From positions 21,827 through 85,826 of the forward strand of contig JBNRMN010000096.1 of the NCBI GenBank assembly GCA_050309605.1: a DNA stretch of 64,000 nucleotides. Direction: 5' to 3'. The notes under the pieces were generated by a model that ran no database searches, had not been told where the DNA came from, and saw only the letters and a list, made by a program, of their open reading frames with translations. This stretch comes from Anaerohalosphaeraceae bacterium. GTDB taxonomy: Bacteria; Planctomycetota; Phycisphaerae; Sedimentisphaerales; Anaerohalosphaeraceae. A program made the translations under genes and the position numbers. The number at the start of each line of letters is the position of its first letter. Position 1 is the stretch's first letter. Positions 46,709 to 57,622 of the stretch are shown here, one piece after another.

Positions 46709-49700
46709 ATGGTGAAGGCGGGCTTGGCGGGGTTGATTTTCTGGGGTGCATTTTCAGGACTTTGCACGGCGGAGGTTTTGGATTGGCGAACGGGTGAGGC
46801 GATTTGGGCTACCGAGCCGATTGAAATCGGTCCTGGGGTGTGTCTGGCTCATCGGAATGAATCGGAATTTGCGCTGTCCTATGCGGACTTTTCAGGCGGG
46901 GATTTATCCTTTGCGAATTTTTCATTCAGCGTGCTGGACGGGGCGCGGTTTATCGGGAGCAATTTATCCGGCGTGAATTTTTCCTTTTCCCGATTGGCTG
47001 ATGCGGATTTTACCGATGCGGTGATTACCTCGGCGGATTTCAGCGGGTCGAACTTCAGTGCGGCTCAGTTGTATTCGACGCGCAGCTATCAGGATCGCGA
47101 CCTGCGGGGGATCGTCTTTAGTTACAAGGATTTGTCCGGGGGCGATTTTCACGGCCAGAATCTGGCCGGGGCGACTTTTGTCAGTTCGTCGGCTGTCGGC
47201 GCGACATTTCAGGGGGCGGATCTGAGCGGCAGCGTATTCAACAATGTCTCTTTTGACCATACCGATTTCTCGGATGCCCTGATCAACGGCGTTGTTTTTT
47301 GGGAAAGCGCTGTCAGCCGGCAGCAATTGATGTCCACGCGCAGCTATCAGGACAAAGATTTGTCCGGCGTGGTTTTGCCGATGTTTTATAATCTGTCGTC
47401 GATGGATTTATCCGGGTTTAATCTGGCCGGAGCGGATTTTTCTCGTTACATCGATCTGCATCAGACGGAGTTTACCGATGCGATCATCAACGGCGGGCGT
47501 TTTGGTTCCCATAATTACCCCTTCTCCAAAGAGAAGCTGATTTCGACGCTGAGTTACAAACAGAAAGACTTATCGGGGGTCAAGATTGAAGGCGGCGATT
47601 ATACCGGCGTGGATTTTTCAGGCTTTGATTTGACCGACGCCGGTTTTGTGAAAATGAATTTGGCCGAGACGGATTTTACCGATGCGGTGATTGTCGGCTG
47701 TGATTTTTCGGGGTCGCTGAATTTTAAGGGCGTTCAATTTTATTCCACGAAAAGTTATCAGGACAGGGACCTGCGGGGCGTGAAATTGAATGCCTTGAAT
47801 TTAACCAACGGCGACTTTCGCGAGCAGAATTTGCAGGGTGCGTCATTCCAAGGGGCCAATCTGACCGGTGTGGATTTTACGGGGGCCGATTTGACGAACG
47901 CTTCGTTCAGGGGCAGCTCCGGCGACGGGACCCATTTTACCGATGCCGTCATTCGTGGGGCGGATTTCAGCAGGGATATGCAGACGAGTCAGTTTCTTTT
48001 TTTATCAGCGTATCAGCTTTACTCCACAAAAAGCTACAAAGATAAGGATTTGTCGGGGATTGACTTTAGCATCTCTGTTCCAATGATCCAGTCCGGCATT
48101 TTAAGCTATGACCTGAGCGAACAGAATCTGACCGGTGCGAATTTCTCCGGTCGTTGGCTGTATGGTTCTTTTGAGCGGGCGATTCTCCACAATACCAATT
48201 TCACCGATGCGTTACTCTCCGAAAGAGCCAATTTCAGCGATACGACATCGCGCGGCTTTACCCGGGAGCAATTCTATTCGACCCTTTCCTACAAAAACAA
48301 AGAATTATATGGCGGTGTTCTCAGTCATAACGATATGTCGAACTGGGATTTTTCGCAGATGAGATTGTATGATGTCGATTTTTCGTCCTGTGATTTATCC
48401 GGCGCGTTGTTTACCAACACCTCGCATCGCACGAATAATTTCAGCGGATCCGATTTGAGCGGGGCCGATTTTCGAGGCAGTCAGTTGGACCGTTCCCGGT
48501 TTATCGGGGCCAATTTGAGCGGTGCTGATTTTCGCGGCAGTGTGGTCGAATTTGCCGATTTTACCGGGGCGATTATCCGATACGCCGATTTCAGTCAAAG
48601 TAAATTCAATGACGATCAGCTTTATTCGACGCAAAGCTATCAGGACAGGGATTTGCGCGGGATTATTTTGAAAGATCGTAATCTCAGTGGCGGCAATTTT
48701 TCCGGTCAGGACCTGAGCGGGGCCGATTTTTCGGGGACGACGCTGTTTGATACGGATTTTTCGGGGGCGGTCATTCGCGGCGCTGATTTCTCGAATACGA
48801 CCGGCAAGGGCTTTGTCGGTACCCTGTTGTATTCCACGCAGAGTTATCAGGACAAAGACCTGCGCGATGTCCAATTACGATATAATGTGATGCCGGGTGC
48901 TGATTTTCGTGGGCAGGATTTGACCGGGGCGGATTTGACGGGATCGACGCTGACCGGCGCTGATTTTACCGATGCACGGGTTCAGTATGCCGATTTCTCG
49001 GCAACCACAGGATTCATCGGGCTTCAGCTCTATTCGACGCGAAGCTATCAGGACAAGGAGTTGCGCGGTATCGGCCTGGCGCAGCGAAATCTGGAAGGAG
49101 CTGATTTTGAAGGGGTTGACCTGACGGGGGCGAATTTTTATGCATCGAACCTGAACCAGGTCAATATGACCGATGCCCTTGTCAATTGGGTGAATTTCGA
49201 GGCGGCAACCGGTTTTTTGGCCGAGCAATTTCGCTCGACCCAAAGCTTCAAAAATCAGGACATTCGGGGGGTTCGTCTGTGCAAGCGATTGATGACCGGT
49301 TTTGATTTGTCGGACTTTGATCTGTCGTATGTCGATTTTACCGAAGCGACGCTGGCGGATGTGCCGATGCAGAACGCCCGCATCAGCGGCGCCAGGTTGA
49401 CCCATACGACCGACAATGGCTTTACGAAGGACCAGCTTTATGCCACGAAAAACTGGCAGGACGGGGATTTATCAGAAGTTCATCTGGACCGCAATGATTT
49501 GTCGGAGTGGGATTTTTCGGGACAAAATCTAAGCGGGGCCAATTTTGCTTTTTCCCTTCTACGGGATACGCTGTTTGATGATGCGGTGATTCGAAACGCC
49601 GATTTTTCCAAATCCACGTTTCATGCACTTCAGCTTTATTCGACCCGGAGTTACCAGAACAGAGATTTGCGGGGCATTAAACTGGCCGAGAAAAATCTGC

Positions 49701-50302
49701 ACAGCGGCTATTTTTACGGGCAGAGTATGACGGATGCGGATTTGACCGGCAGCCTGCTGAGCTTGACTGATTTTTCACTGGCGGATCTGCGCGGGGTTAA
49801 AGGATTTGAGCCGACGGATACGACCTGTCTTCGCAGCACGATTCTGCCTGACGGGACGGTGGAAGGACTGATGCTGTATGCCGCCGAAGTGCTGATCATT
49901 CGTCCTTATGCGATGCCAATCCGAGTCCGTGAGTCGATGAGGCTGCCTGAGAACTCAACACTGCAATTGATTTTGTCGGATGGGTGGAGTTCAACGTTTG
50001 TGATCGATTGTGATACGGCCGTTGTCTTGGGGGGTGTGCTGAGGCTGGAATTTGAAGAAGGCATCGACGTTGACGGGTTAATCGGCAAGTCGTTTGCTCT
50101 GTTTGAATGGGGCGATGCGCTGTCAGAGGGGCAGCGGTTTTCGGACGTGATTACTCCTGTTGGTTATGAGTGGGATTTAAGCCGGCTTTATACGCACGGC
50201 AGCGTGACGCTGATTCCCGAACCGGCTACGGTATTTTTGACAGGATGCGGCCTGGTTTGGATCGTGGTGAGGAGAGCCAGGGCCGGCGCTCGATCTCGTT
50301 GA
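46709..50302 (+). CDS. Secreted pentapeptide-repeat protein with PEP-CTERM sorting signal
   Basis: Signal peptide, extensive A(D/N)(F/L)xx repeats, C-terminal IPEPATVFLTGCGLVWIVVRRAR. Confidence 0.92.
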   Translation: MVKAGLAGLIFWGAFSGLCTAEVLDWRTGEAIWATEPIEIGPGVCLAHRNESEFALSYADFSGGDLSFANFSFSVLDGARFIGSNLSGVNFSFSRLADADFTDAVITSADFSGSNFSAAQLYSTRSYQDRDLRGIVFSYKDLSGGDFHGQNLAGATFVSSSAVGATFQGADLSGSVFNNVSFDHTDFSDALINGVVFWESAVSRQQLMSTRSYQDKDLSGVVLPMFYNLSSMDLSGFNLAGADFSRYIDLHQTEFTDAIINGGRFGSHNYPFSKEKLISTLSYKQKDLSGVKIEGGDYTGVDFSGFDLTDAGFVKMNLAETDFTDAVIVGCDFSGSLNFKGVQFYSTKSYQDRDLRGVKLNALNLTNGDFREQNLQGASFQGANLTGVDFTGADLTNASFRGSSGDGTHFTDAVIRGADFSRDMQTSQFLFLSAYQLYSTKSYKDKDLSGIDFSISVPMIQSGILSYDLSEQNLTGANFSGRWLYGSFERAILHNTNFTDALLSERANFSDTTSRGFTREQFYSTLSYKNKELYGGVLSHNDMSNWDFSQMRLYDVDFSSCDLSGALFTNTSHRTNNFSGSDLSGADFRGSQLDRSRFIGANLSGADFRGSVVEFADFTGAIIRYADFSQSKFNDDQLYSTQSYQDRDLRGIILKDRNLSGGNFSGQDLSGADFSGTTLFDTDFSGAVIRGADFSNTTGKGFVGTLLYSTQSYQDKDLRDVQLRYNVMPGADFRGQDLTGADLTGSTLTGADFTDARVQYADFSATTGFIGLQLYSTRSYQDKELRGIGLAQRNLEGADFEGVDLTGANFYASNLNQVNMTDALVNWVNFEAATGFLAEQFRSTQSFKNQDIRGVRLCKRLMTGFDLSDFDLSYVDFTEATLADVPMQNARISGARLTHTTDNGFTKDQLYATKNWQDGDLSEVHLDRNDLSEWDFSGQNLSGANFAFSLLRDTLFDDAVIRNADFSKSTFHALQLYSTRSYQNRDLRGIKLAEKNLHSGYFYGQSMTDADLTGSLLSLTDFSLADLRGVKGFEPTDTTCLRSTILPDGTVEGLMLYAAEVLIIRPYAMPIRVRESMRLPENSTLQLILSDGWSSTFVIDCDTAVVLGGVLRLEFEEGIDVDGLIGKSFALFEWGDALSEGQRFSDVITPVGYEWDLSRLYTHGSVTLIPEPATVFLTGCGLVWIVVRRARAGARSR

Positions 50303-50451
50303 TTGTCGGCAGTGTTTCATCGTCCCGAACTGAAGTGTCCATCCGTGTTCGGCCGGACACACATTCGTTTTGCCCTCATCTGCACGACCGCATAATCAAG
50401 TGGGTTCCCTGGGCCTTGATTTCGCTGCATTGCAGGTATTCAGGGCGGTTG

Positions 50452-50480
50452 TTGACATATTCCGGACAGCACCGTATCAT
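50452..50480 (+). promoter_or_regulatory. Sigma70-type promoter for argH
   Basis: TTGACA-17 nt-TATCAT. Confidence 0.6.
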
Positions 50481-50526
50481 TTCAGTAAAGTGAAAATACA
50501 GACACCTTATTGATAAGGGACATGCG

Positions 50527-51918
50527 ATGAGCAAGTCGGAAAAGAGTTGGGAAAAGCGGTTGAGCGGGTCGGTTGACGATTTGGCGGTGGAATTTGTGGA
50601 GTCGCTGTCGTTTGATCGTCGGCTGTATAAGGTCGATATTGTCGGCTCGATTGCGCACGCTGAGATGCTCGCGGCCCAAACGTTGATCACGCAGGCCGAG
50701 TTGACCGACATCAAGAAGGGATTGATCGACATTGGCGAGGACATTGCCGCGGGCCGATTCGAGTTTGACCTGGCCCAGGAAGACATCCACATGGCCATTG
50801 AGTCGGCGCTGATCGCCAGGATCGGCGAGGCGGGCAAGAAACTGCACACCGGACGCAGCCGCAATGATCAGGTGGCCACCGACCTGCGGCTGTGGCTTCG
50901 GGACGACATCGAGATCGTCCAGACCCGCATAACGCTGTTGCAGCGGGCGTTGGTTCGGCTGGCTGAGAAATATATCGACGACGTGATGCCCGCCTATACC
51001 CACTTGCAGCGTGCCCAGCCGGTCAGTGTGGCCTCGTATCTGCTCAGTTTTGTCGAGATGCTCGCCCGCGACTGGAGCCGGCTGACGGATTGCCGCAAAC
51101 GGCTTAATGTCTGTCCGCTCGGCAGCGGGGCGGTTGGCGGCTCGACGCTGCCGCTGGACCGCGAGAAAACGGCCCAATCGCTCGGCTTTGCCGATGTTAC
51201 CTATAACAGTATCGATGCCGTATCGGATCGCGACTTCTGCGCCGAGTATCTGTTCGGCTGTTCGCTGATCGCCGCTCACTTGTCGCGACTGGCCGAGGAT
51301 TGGATCCTTTACACCGCCTCGGAATTCGGCTTTATCCGCACCGATGACGCCTACTGCACCGGTTCGAGTATGATGCCGCAGAAACGCAACCCCGATATGC
51401 TCGAACTGATCCGCGGCAAAACCGGCGGCGTCTATGGCGCCCTGATGGCGATGCTGACGATCCTCAAGGCCCAGCCCTCGACGTACAACCGCGACCTGCA
51501 GGAAGATAAACGCCACGTCTTTGCCGCGTCGGATACGATCAATAGCTGTCTGCAAATGGCCGAGGCGATTGTGCGCCATACGGTTTTTAACACTGACCGC
51601 ATCGCCGCCGGGCTGGACGAAGGCTTTCTGGATGCGACGGCCCTGGCCGAGTATCTGGTCAATCGGGGCGTGCCGTTCCGTCAGGCTCACGGCATCGTCG
51701 GCGCCCTGGTCGCTCAATGCGAAAAAGAAAACAAACGCAAACTGGCCGATCTGACCATAGAGCAGTTCAAAGCCGCCTGCGACAAAATCGATGACGACGT
51801 GTACACCACCCTCAACCCGACCGGCGTCTGCCGCGCCTACCAAACCGCCGGCGCAGCCGGCCCCGACGCCGCCAAAGCCCAGATCGCATTCTGGAAAAAC
51901 AAAATTAAAGAGCAATAA
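50527..51918 (+). CDS. argH: Argininosuccinate lyase
   Basis: EDIH, HTGRSRNDQ, YTHLQRAQP, GSSMMPQKRNPD and YNRDLQEDK. Confidence 0.97.
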   Translation: MSKSEKSWEKRLSGSVDDLAVEFVESLSFDRRLYKVDIVGSIAHAEMLAAQTLITQAELTDIKKGLIDIGEDIAAGRFEFDLAQEDIHMAIESALIARIGEAGKKLHTGRSRNDQVATDLRLWLRDDIEIVQTRITLLQRALVRLAEKYIDDVMPAYTHLQRAQPVSVASYLLSFVEMLARDWSRLTDCRKRLNVCPLGSGAVGGSTLPLDREKTAQSLGFADVTYNSIDAVSDRDFCAEYLFGCSLIAAHLSRLAEDWILYTASEFGFIRTDDAYCTGSSMMPQKRNPDMLELIRGKTGGVYGALMAMLTILKAQPSTYNRDLQEDKRHVFAASDTINSCLQMAEAIVRHTVFNTDRIAAGLDEGFLDATALAEYLVNRGVPFRQAHGIVGALVAQCEKENKRKLADLTIEQFKAACDKIDDDVYTTLNPTGVCRAYQTAGAAGPDAAKAQIAFWKNKIKEQ

Positions 51919-52015
51919 GGAGAAGGACCCAAGAATAGAATTTAAGGAGATTGAACATGGATCGAACGGCAAAAAAAATAGGCTCAACTCCCAAAAAGTT
52001 GGTTAATTTCAAGAC

Positions 52016-52597
52016 ATGAAAACAACGGATTTATCGCATTGGGGACACCAGCATAAAGCGGTAAATGGGCGGCTCCACAGGGGATACCGCCCTATGCTGT
52101 ATGTCCCCATAGAGGCGCTCAGGTCGCTTCCCAGCGTTGTATTAATTTGTGTATGTGTTGTTGTTTTTTCGGTTATTTTTATCGGATGCCATGTCGCGGA
52201 AGATGCTGCTGAAACGGAAAGGATAACGCACCCTGTTAACAAGAACGATGCGGAAACAGAGATTGAAGACAAATCTTTGTCTATTCAGCCACAAAGACCT
52301 GGATGGCGAATGCGTCAGACAGACCTTGAGAAATCAGTCAAACAGTGTCTTGACGATTTTAGTGCTATTCGTCCCGGAATGACCCGCCGAGAAGTCGAAG
52401 AAAAATTTCCGATGGATGGTGGAATGCATACCCTTTCTCTGATTCGCTTTGTTCATCCGGATCGTTATTATTTCAAGGTCGATTTTTCGTTTTCTTATGA
52501 GAGCAATCCAAATGATCAAAACAGGGCAGTTTGGCGTGGAGCCGGCAAAGTCATGTCCGTGTCTGCGCCCTATATTGAGAACCCCTATTATGACTGA
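52016..52597 (+). CDS. Hypothetical protein, possible lipoprotein; start uncertain
   Basis: Hydrophobic stretch ending VIFIGC; AT-richer than flanks. Confidence 0.55.
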   Translation: MKTTDLSHWGHQHKAVNGRLHRGYRPMLYVPIEALRSLPSVVLICVCVVVFSVIFIGCHVAEDAAETERITHPVNKNDAETEIEDKSLSIQPQRPGWRMRQTDLEKSVKQCLDDFSAIRPGMTRREVEEKFPMDGGMHTLSLIRFVHPDRYYFKVDFSFSYESNPNDQNRAVWRGAGKVMSVSAPYIENPYYD

Positions 52598-52617
52598 TAT
52601 TTTGGGATTTTGTTGAG

Positions 52618-53535
52618 TTGAGTAACAAAGAAGACATCATAACCGGCTGGTTTGCGTCGCAGTCGAAAAAAGATAGTGCGCGGTTTCCAATCGGTATCGG
52701 CGACGATATGGCACAGATCACCGTTAAGCCGAGCGAATCGGTGCTGATCACGACCGACATGCTGCTGGACGGCTCGCATTTTGATTTGTCATCGTGTTCG
52801 CTGGAGCAGGCAGGGTATAAGGCGATGGCTGCCAGTCTGAGCGATTGTGCGGCGATGGCGACCGTCCCGCTCGGTGCCGTCTGTGCGGTGGGATTGCCGA
52901 TGGGTTTTGGCGCCGAGCAACTCAAGGAGCTGCACGCCGGGCTGGTTCGGGCCGGACGCCTGTTTGACTGCGAGCTGATCGGCGGCGATATTACAACATG
53001 GCGACGGCAAACCGACCAGTTGACGATTTGCGTGACGATGCTCAGTGTGCCCGGCGATCATCACGCTCCGGTGCGCCGCAACGGGGCACAGGTCGGCGAT
53101 TATATCTGCGTTACCGGCACGCTCGGCGGTTCGCTGGCCGGTAAGCATTTGTCCTTTGTCCCCCGTGTTCAAGAGGCGCTGAAGATTACAAAAGCCGCCC
53201 GTGTCAACGCGATGATGGACATCACCGACGGCCTGAGCACCGACCTGAACCGCATCTGTACGCAAAGCGGCGTCGGGGCGGTTGTCGAGGCGGCGGCACT
53301 GCCCCTTTCGCCGGCTGCCCAAAGCGCGGCCGATCCGCTGGCTGCTGCGCTTCATGACGGGGAGGATTTTGAGCTGCTCTTTACGCTTGCGCCGACCGAA
53401 TTTGATAAGCTGACGGCTCTGAAAGCGATTCCGATAACCCGCATCGGCCATATTATTGCCGAAAAAAAAATGATCCTGCATCGGCCCGACGGCGTAACAA
53501 TCCCATTGGAACCGAAAGGATACGATCATCTGTAA
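52618..53535 (+). CDS. thiL: Thiamine-monophosphate kinase
   Basis: GIGDD.A, TTDML..G.HF, LSD.AAM, GGD, MDITDGL and GEDFELLF. Confidence 0.93.
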   Translation: MSNKEDIITGWFASQSKKDSARFPIGIGDDMAQITVKPSESVLITTDMLLDGSHFDLSSCSLEQAGYKAMAASLSDCAAMATVPLGAVCAVGLPMGFGAEQLKELHAGLVRAGRLFDCELIGGDITTWRRQTDQLTICVTMLSVPGDHHAPVRRNGAQVGDYICVTGTLGGSLAGKHLSFVPRVQEALKITKAARVNAMMDITDGLSTDLNRICTQSGVGAVVEAAALPLSPAAQSAADPLAAALHDGEDFELLFTLAPTEFDKLTALKAIPITRIGHIIAEKKMILHRPDGVTIPLEPKGYDHL

Positions 53536-53558
53536 GAATGCTCTAAAGGATCGGGTTT

Positions 53559-55370
53559 GTGTCCTGTAAAAACCAGGTCAATTCGTTTTTGCCGGTGTGT
53601 CGGGCGGAGATCGAGTCGCTGGGCTGGGCTGAGCCGGATATTATTCTGGTTACCGGTGATGCCTATGTCGATCATCCGGCCTTCGGTGCGGCGCTGATCG
53701 GTCGGTGGCTGGCGCATCACGGCTTTCGTGTGGCGATTTTGGCTCAGCCGGACTGGCGCAGCGTCGAACCGTTTCGGGCATTGGGACGGCCAGGCTTGTT
53801 TTGGGGCATTACGTCCGGCTGTATCGATTCGCGGCTGAATCACTATGCCTCACTGGGTCATCGTCGTCGTCAGGATGTGTACAGTCCCGGCGGTTGCACC
53901 GATTTGCGTCCCGACAAGCCGCTGCTGACCTATGCCGCCCGCGCGCGGGAAGCGTTTCGAGATGTGCCGATTGTGCTGGGCGGTCTGGAGGCCAGTCTGC
54001 GGCGGCTGGTGCATTATGATTACATCGAAGACCGGCTTAAACGCTCTGTGCTGATTGACGCCAAGGCGGATGTGCTTGTGCACGGCATGGGCGAGCGGAC
54101 GACGCTGGAGATTGCCCGTCGTCTTGCGGCGGGGCGTTCTATTGACGCGATGAGCGATATTCCCGGCCTGGCTTATCGGGTGGTGCGTGACGTTCAGCCG
54201 CCGGCCGATGCGGTTGTTCTGCCGGACCGAGAGGCGCTTCAGGCCGAGCCGGAGCGGTTTATGGAGGCTCAGCTTGCCTATCAGCGGCAGGCTCGACCGG
54301 CCGGGCGGGCCGTCGTTCAGGAGCAGTGTCCCGGTCTGGTCGTGGTCAATCCGCCCGCCGAGCCGCTTAGCGAGGCCGAGCTGGACAGACTGTACAGCCT
54401 GCCGTTTACCCGCAACGCTCATCCGATGTATGAGCGTCTCGGCGGCATCGCCGCGCTGGAGCCGGTACGATTCAGCATCACGACGCATCGGGGGTGTTTT
54501 GGCGGGTGCAGTTTTTGTGCGATTTATTTTCATCAGGGCAAACAAATCGCCTCTCGATCAGAGGAGGGTATTCTGGCCGAAGCAGCCCGGATTGTTCGCC
54601 ACAGTGCTTTTAAGGGCGCGATTGCCGACATCGGTGGGCCAACGGCCAATATGTACGGCATGGCCTGTCCGGACGCGGGGGTGTGCCGCCGTGAAAGCTG
54701 CCTGTTTCCTGAGCCGTGTGCACAATTGTCCGCCGACCATGGACGGATGCTTGGCTTGCTTGAGCGGGTACTGACCTGGCAGCAGGGGCAGCCGCGAAAG
54801 ATTCGCAGCACCATTGCCTCCGGTATTCGCCATGACCTGGCCCTTCAGAGCCGTGAGTATATGCAGCTTTTGGCCGGGCACTTTGTCGGCGGCCATCTGA
54901 AGGTTGCCCCGGAGCACTATTGCCCGCATGTCCTGAACCTGATGCGCAAGCCCGGTTTTGAGGTGTTTGAGGAATTCGAGGCCCGGTTTGCCGAGGCCTC
55001 TTGCTGTGCAGGCAAAGAGCAGTACCTTGTACCGTATTTTATCAGCGCCCATCCGGGCTGCTCGAATGAAGATGCGCTTAAGTTGACCGCGTATTTGCTG
55101 TCGCGCCACTGGCGACCGCGGCAGGTGCAGGATTTTGTTCCGGCCCCGCTGGCGTTGTCCACGGCGATGTATGTGTCGGAGCGGTCGCCTCAGGGCAAGC
55201 GGATTGTCGTGCCCAAAGGCCGAGCCGACAAGAGACTTCAGTTTGCGCTGCTGCACTACTGGGACGTGCGTCATGGACGGCAAATCGAAAACTATCTGAC
55301 CGCTCAGGGGCGCGGCAAGCTGTTGGCTCAGATTCGCCGCGTGCGGCAATCTGCCCAAAGAAAACGGTGA
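53559..55370 (+). CDS. YgiQ-family radical SAM protein
   Basis: VTGDAYVDHP, HRGCFGGCSFC, DIGGPTANMY, KVAPEH and PYFISAHPG. Confidence 0.93.
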   Translation: MSCKNQVNSFLPVCRAEIESLGWAEPDIILVTGDAYVDHPAFGAALIGRWLAHHGFRVAILAQPDWRSVEPFRALGRPGLFWGITSGCIDSRLNHYASLGHRRRQDVYSPGGCTDLRPDKPLLTYAARAREAFRDVPIVLGGLEASLRRLVHYDYIEDRLKRSVLIDAKADVLVHGMGERTTLEIARRLAAGRSIDAMSDIPGLAYRVVRDVQPPADAVVLPDREALQAEPERFMEAQLAYQRQARPAGRAVVQEQCPGLVVVNPPAEPLSEAELDRLYSLPFTRNAHPMYERLGGIAALEPVRFSITTHRGCFGGCSFCAIYFHQGKQIASRSEEGILAEAARIVRHSAFKGAIADIGGPTANMYGMACPDAGVCRRESCLFPEPCAQLSADHGRMLGLLERVLTWQQGQPRKIRSTIASGIRHDLALQSREYMQLLAGHFVGGHLKVAPEHYCPHVLNLMRKPGFEVFEEFEARFAEASCCAGKEQYLVPYFISAHPGCSNEDALKLTAYLLSRHWRPRQVQDFVPAPLALSTAMYVSERSPQGKRIVVPKGRADKRLQFALLHYWDVRHGRQIENYLTAQGRGKLLAQIRRVRQSAQRKR

Positions 55371-55393
55371 GTGCGGCCGATACAGACAATCGG

Positions 55394-55689
55394 ATGACTA
55401 ACGACAACGACAAATCGAGTCTGATCACGACTTTTCTGCATTGGTACACCTGATTGGTATGACCCTGGGTTATGGTGTGGGGTCTGTTTTCAGGATGTCT
55501 TTCCCTCAGCGGCGCACATTGGCCCTTGAGATCGGAATGCAGAATGCCGGTTTGGGAACCGTGCTCGCCATTCACAACCTCGGCCCTGAAGCGGCCATCC
55601 CCACGGCCTTTTTCGTCTTTACCTGCATCATTACCGCCTCGATTATGGCCGAATACTGGAAAAGCCGTTTTGACCTCAGTCTGACTTGA
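55394..55689 (+). pseudogene. Bile acid:sodium symporter family remnant with a large internal deletion
   Basis: C-terminal RRTLALEIGMQNAGLG..LA.....AAIP motif in an 82-aa frame, preceded by a 19-codon ATG ORF in another frame. Confidence 0.75.
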
Positions 55690-57325
55690 GCATTTTGCTG
55701 CGGACGCTTTCTTTGATTCGCTGGATGTGGCCTCGCCCCAGCGCCTTGACTTCACAGCCTAATTCGAAGTACCGTCGGATCTTCGCATCGTCAAGAATAC
55801 CGAAGCAGTCAATCACGGCCATCGGGCCGCCTGCCCATTGAACAATTTGGTCGGGATCCAGTTCCAGATAGGGGGTATGAGGCACGGCGAGAACCACGGC
55901 CTCAACGCCTTTAATCGCCGCGGGCAAGTCGTTTTGCACCCGAATGTTGACCAGTTCATCCTGATTGCGGAAAAAGCGCGCCCACGACTGGCCGGGGGCC
56001 GGATAGTTCTCCTGTTTTTCCAATTCGTACCAATGAGCGACATAGGGGTCGTGTACCTTTATGTCCGCTCCCATCTCCGTGAGTTTGCGCACGACGATTT
56101 CCGAGCCGCTGTAGCGGGTGTCGGCGACATCCTGTCGATAGCTGGCCCCGCACAACAAAACGGCGGCGCCGGCGATATAGCGGCCCATGTTCCGCAGGGC
56201 GTCGCGGGTCAGTGTGGCGGCGTGCAGGGCGCGGGTATCGTTGATGTCAATCGCGGCGGTGGTGATTTTGAAAATATCGTCCTCAAAACCGAGAAGATGT
56301 TTGTACGCCCAATATCCCAAGCCGCCGTCTTTGGGCAGGCAATATCCGCCGATGCCCGGGCCGGGAAAGATGATATTGCTGTGGGTTGGGCGCATTTTGA
56401 TGGCCTTGATGACCTTGATTAAATCGACGCCGTTTCGCTCGGCAAAGAGGCTCCACTCGTCCAGGAACGCCAGGATCGCAGCGCGATAGGAATTTTCCAC
56501 GATTTTGGTCGTTTCGGATTCAATCGGACGATCCATCACCGTCAGCGGATAGTCTTCGGTATTGAGCACCTCGCGCAGGAATTTTTCGACCCGTTTTTTG
56601 GCGGTTTCGCTGCATCCGGAACAGACCCTCCAGAAATCGCGAATCGAAGAGACGTATTCCCGCCCCGGCATCACGCGTTCAAAACTGTGCGCCAGCAGCG
56701 GCTCGTCGTCGATCCCTCTTGCCTTGAAGCATTTTTTGAGGATCGGCCAGGCCACAAACTCGGTTGTGCCGGGGGCAACGGTCGTTTCAATCAGCGTCAG
56801 ACATTCCGGCTGAACTTTGTGTCCGATGGTCTTGAGCGTGGCTTCAAGGGCTTTCATTTCCGCCTGGCCCGTGCGGAGATTGCCCAGTGACCGTTTGCTG
56901 AAGTCGCACTGCACATCCACGACGACACAATCGGCCAGCGACAGACAATCGCTGTTGTACGTGGCGACCAGGGTCTTTTTGTCGTTGACGCATCGGGCGA
57001 TCATCGGATCGACGTTGGGGTCCTCGGCCTTGACCGGTGATTGTCCGCGGTTGAGCATCGGGATTTTCCAATAACTGCGTGTGCTGGGGCGCTGGCAGCC
57101 GATGACAAATTTACCGGGCTTGCCGGTTGTCTTGTCCACCGTATCGGCAATGATCGCGGCCATGACTGCCCCGACGAAACCCACGCCCATGACGACCACA
57201 ATCTCTTTGCCGTCCTGACGTGCCGCATCGGCCAGGGCGCTGATGCGTTCGAACTCCGCGGCGTAGTCGTCTTGTTGGGGGATGGGAAATTTTTCTCCTG
57301 ACGGGCTGATGGAATAGTCGCTCAT
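55676..57325 (-). CDS. Nucleotide-sugar dehydrogenase (UDP-glucose/GDP-mannose dehydrogenase family)
   Basis: GVGFVG, ETTVAPGTT, ERVMPG and GIGGYCLPKD; GGAGAGG upstream of ATG 57325. Confidence 0.88.
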   Translation of the reverse strand: MSDYSISPSGEKFPIPQQDDYAAEFERISALADAARQDGKEIVVVMGVGFVGAVMAAIIADTVDKTTGKPGKFVIGCQRPSTRSYWKIPMLNRGQSPVKAEDPNVDPMIARCVNDKKTLVATYNSDCLSLADCVVVDVQCDFSKRSLGNLRTGQAEMKALEATLKTIGHKVQPECLTLIETTVAPGTTEFVAWPILKKCFKARGIDDEPLLAHSFERVMPGREYVSSIRDFWRVCSGCSETAKKRVEKFLREVLNTEDYPLTVMDRPIESETTKIVENSYRAAILAFLDEWSLFAERNGVDLIKVIKAIKMRPTHSNIIFPGPGIGGYCLPKDGGLGYWAYKHLLGFEDDIFKITTAAIDINDTRALHAATLTRDALRNMGRYIAGAAVLLCGASYRQDVADTRYSGSEIVVRKLTEMGADIKVHDPYVAHWYELEKQENYPAPGQSWARFFRNQDELVNIRVQNDLPAAIKGVEAVVLAVPHTPYLELDPDQIVQWAGGPMAVIDCFGILDDAKIRRYFELGCEVKALGRGHIQRIKESVRSKMLKSD

Positions 57326-57622
57326 GATTAGCCTCTCCGATTCAAGGGTTAAAAACGACCGCATTTGTTTCCTGGATTGATACAAAAACTGACTTAGATT
57401 ATCACATAACAGAGATGAAAGTAAACCGCAAAACGAAGGAAAATCAAAAAAAGAGGCGTTCAGCGCAAAATTGCTGTTTGACGCTGCGTCCGATTTGGAA
57501 CACAATGGCTCTGCTTGTATAAACGGATAGCGTCTTGATTCTCGACGTTTTGTGCGCCTGGCGGAAATGGGCGCGAAACGTTCATCGGCGCTGAACTGGA
57601 TAGCCTGTTGAAAGGGATTGGT

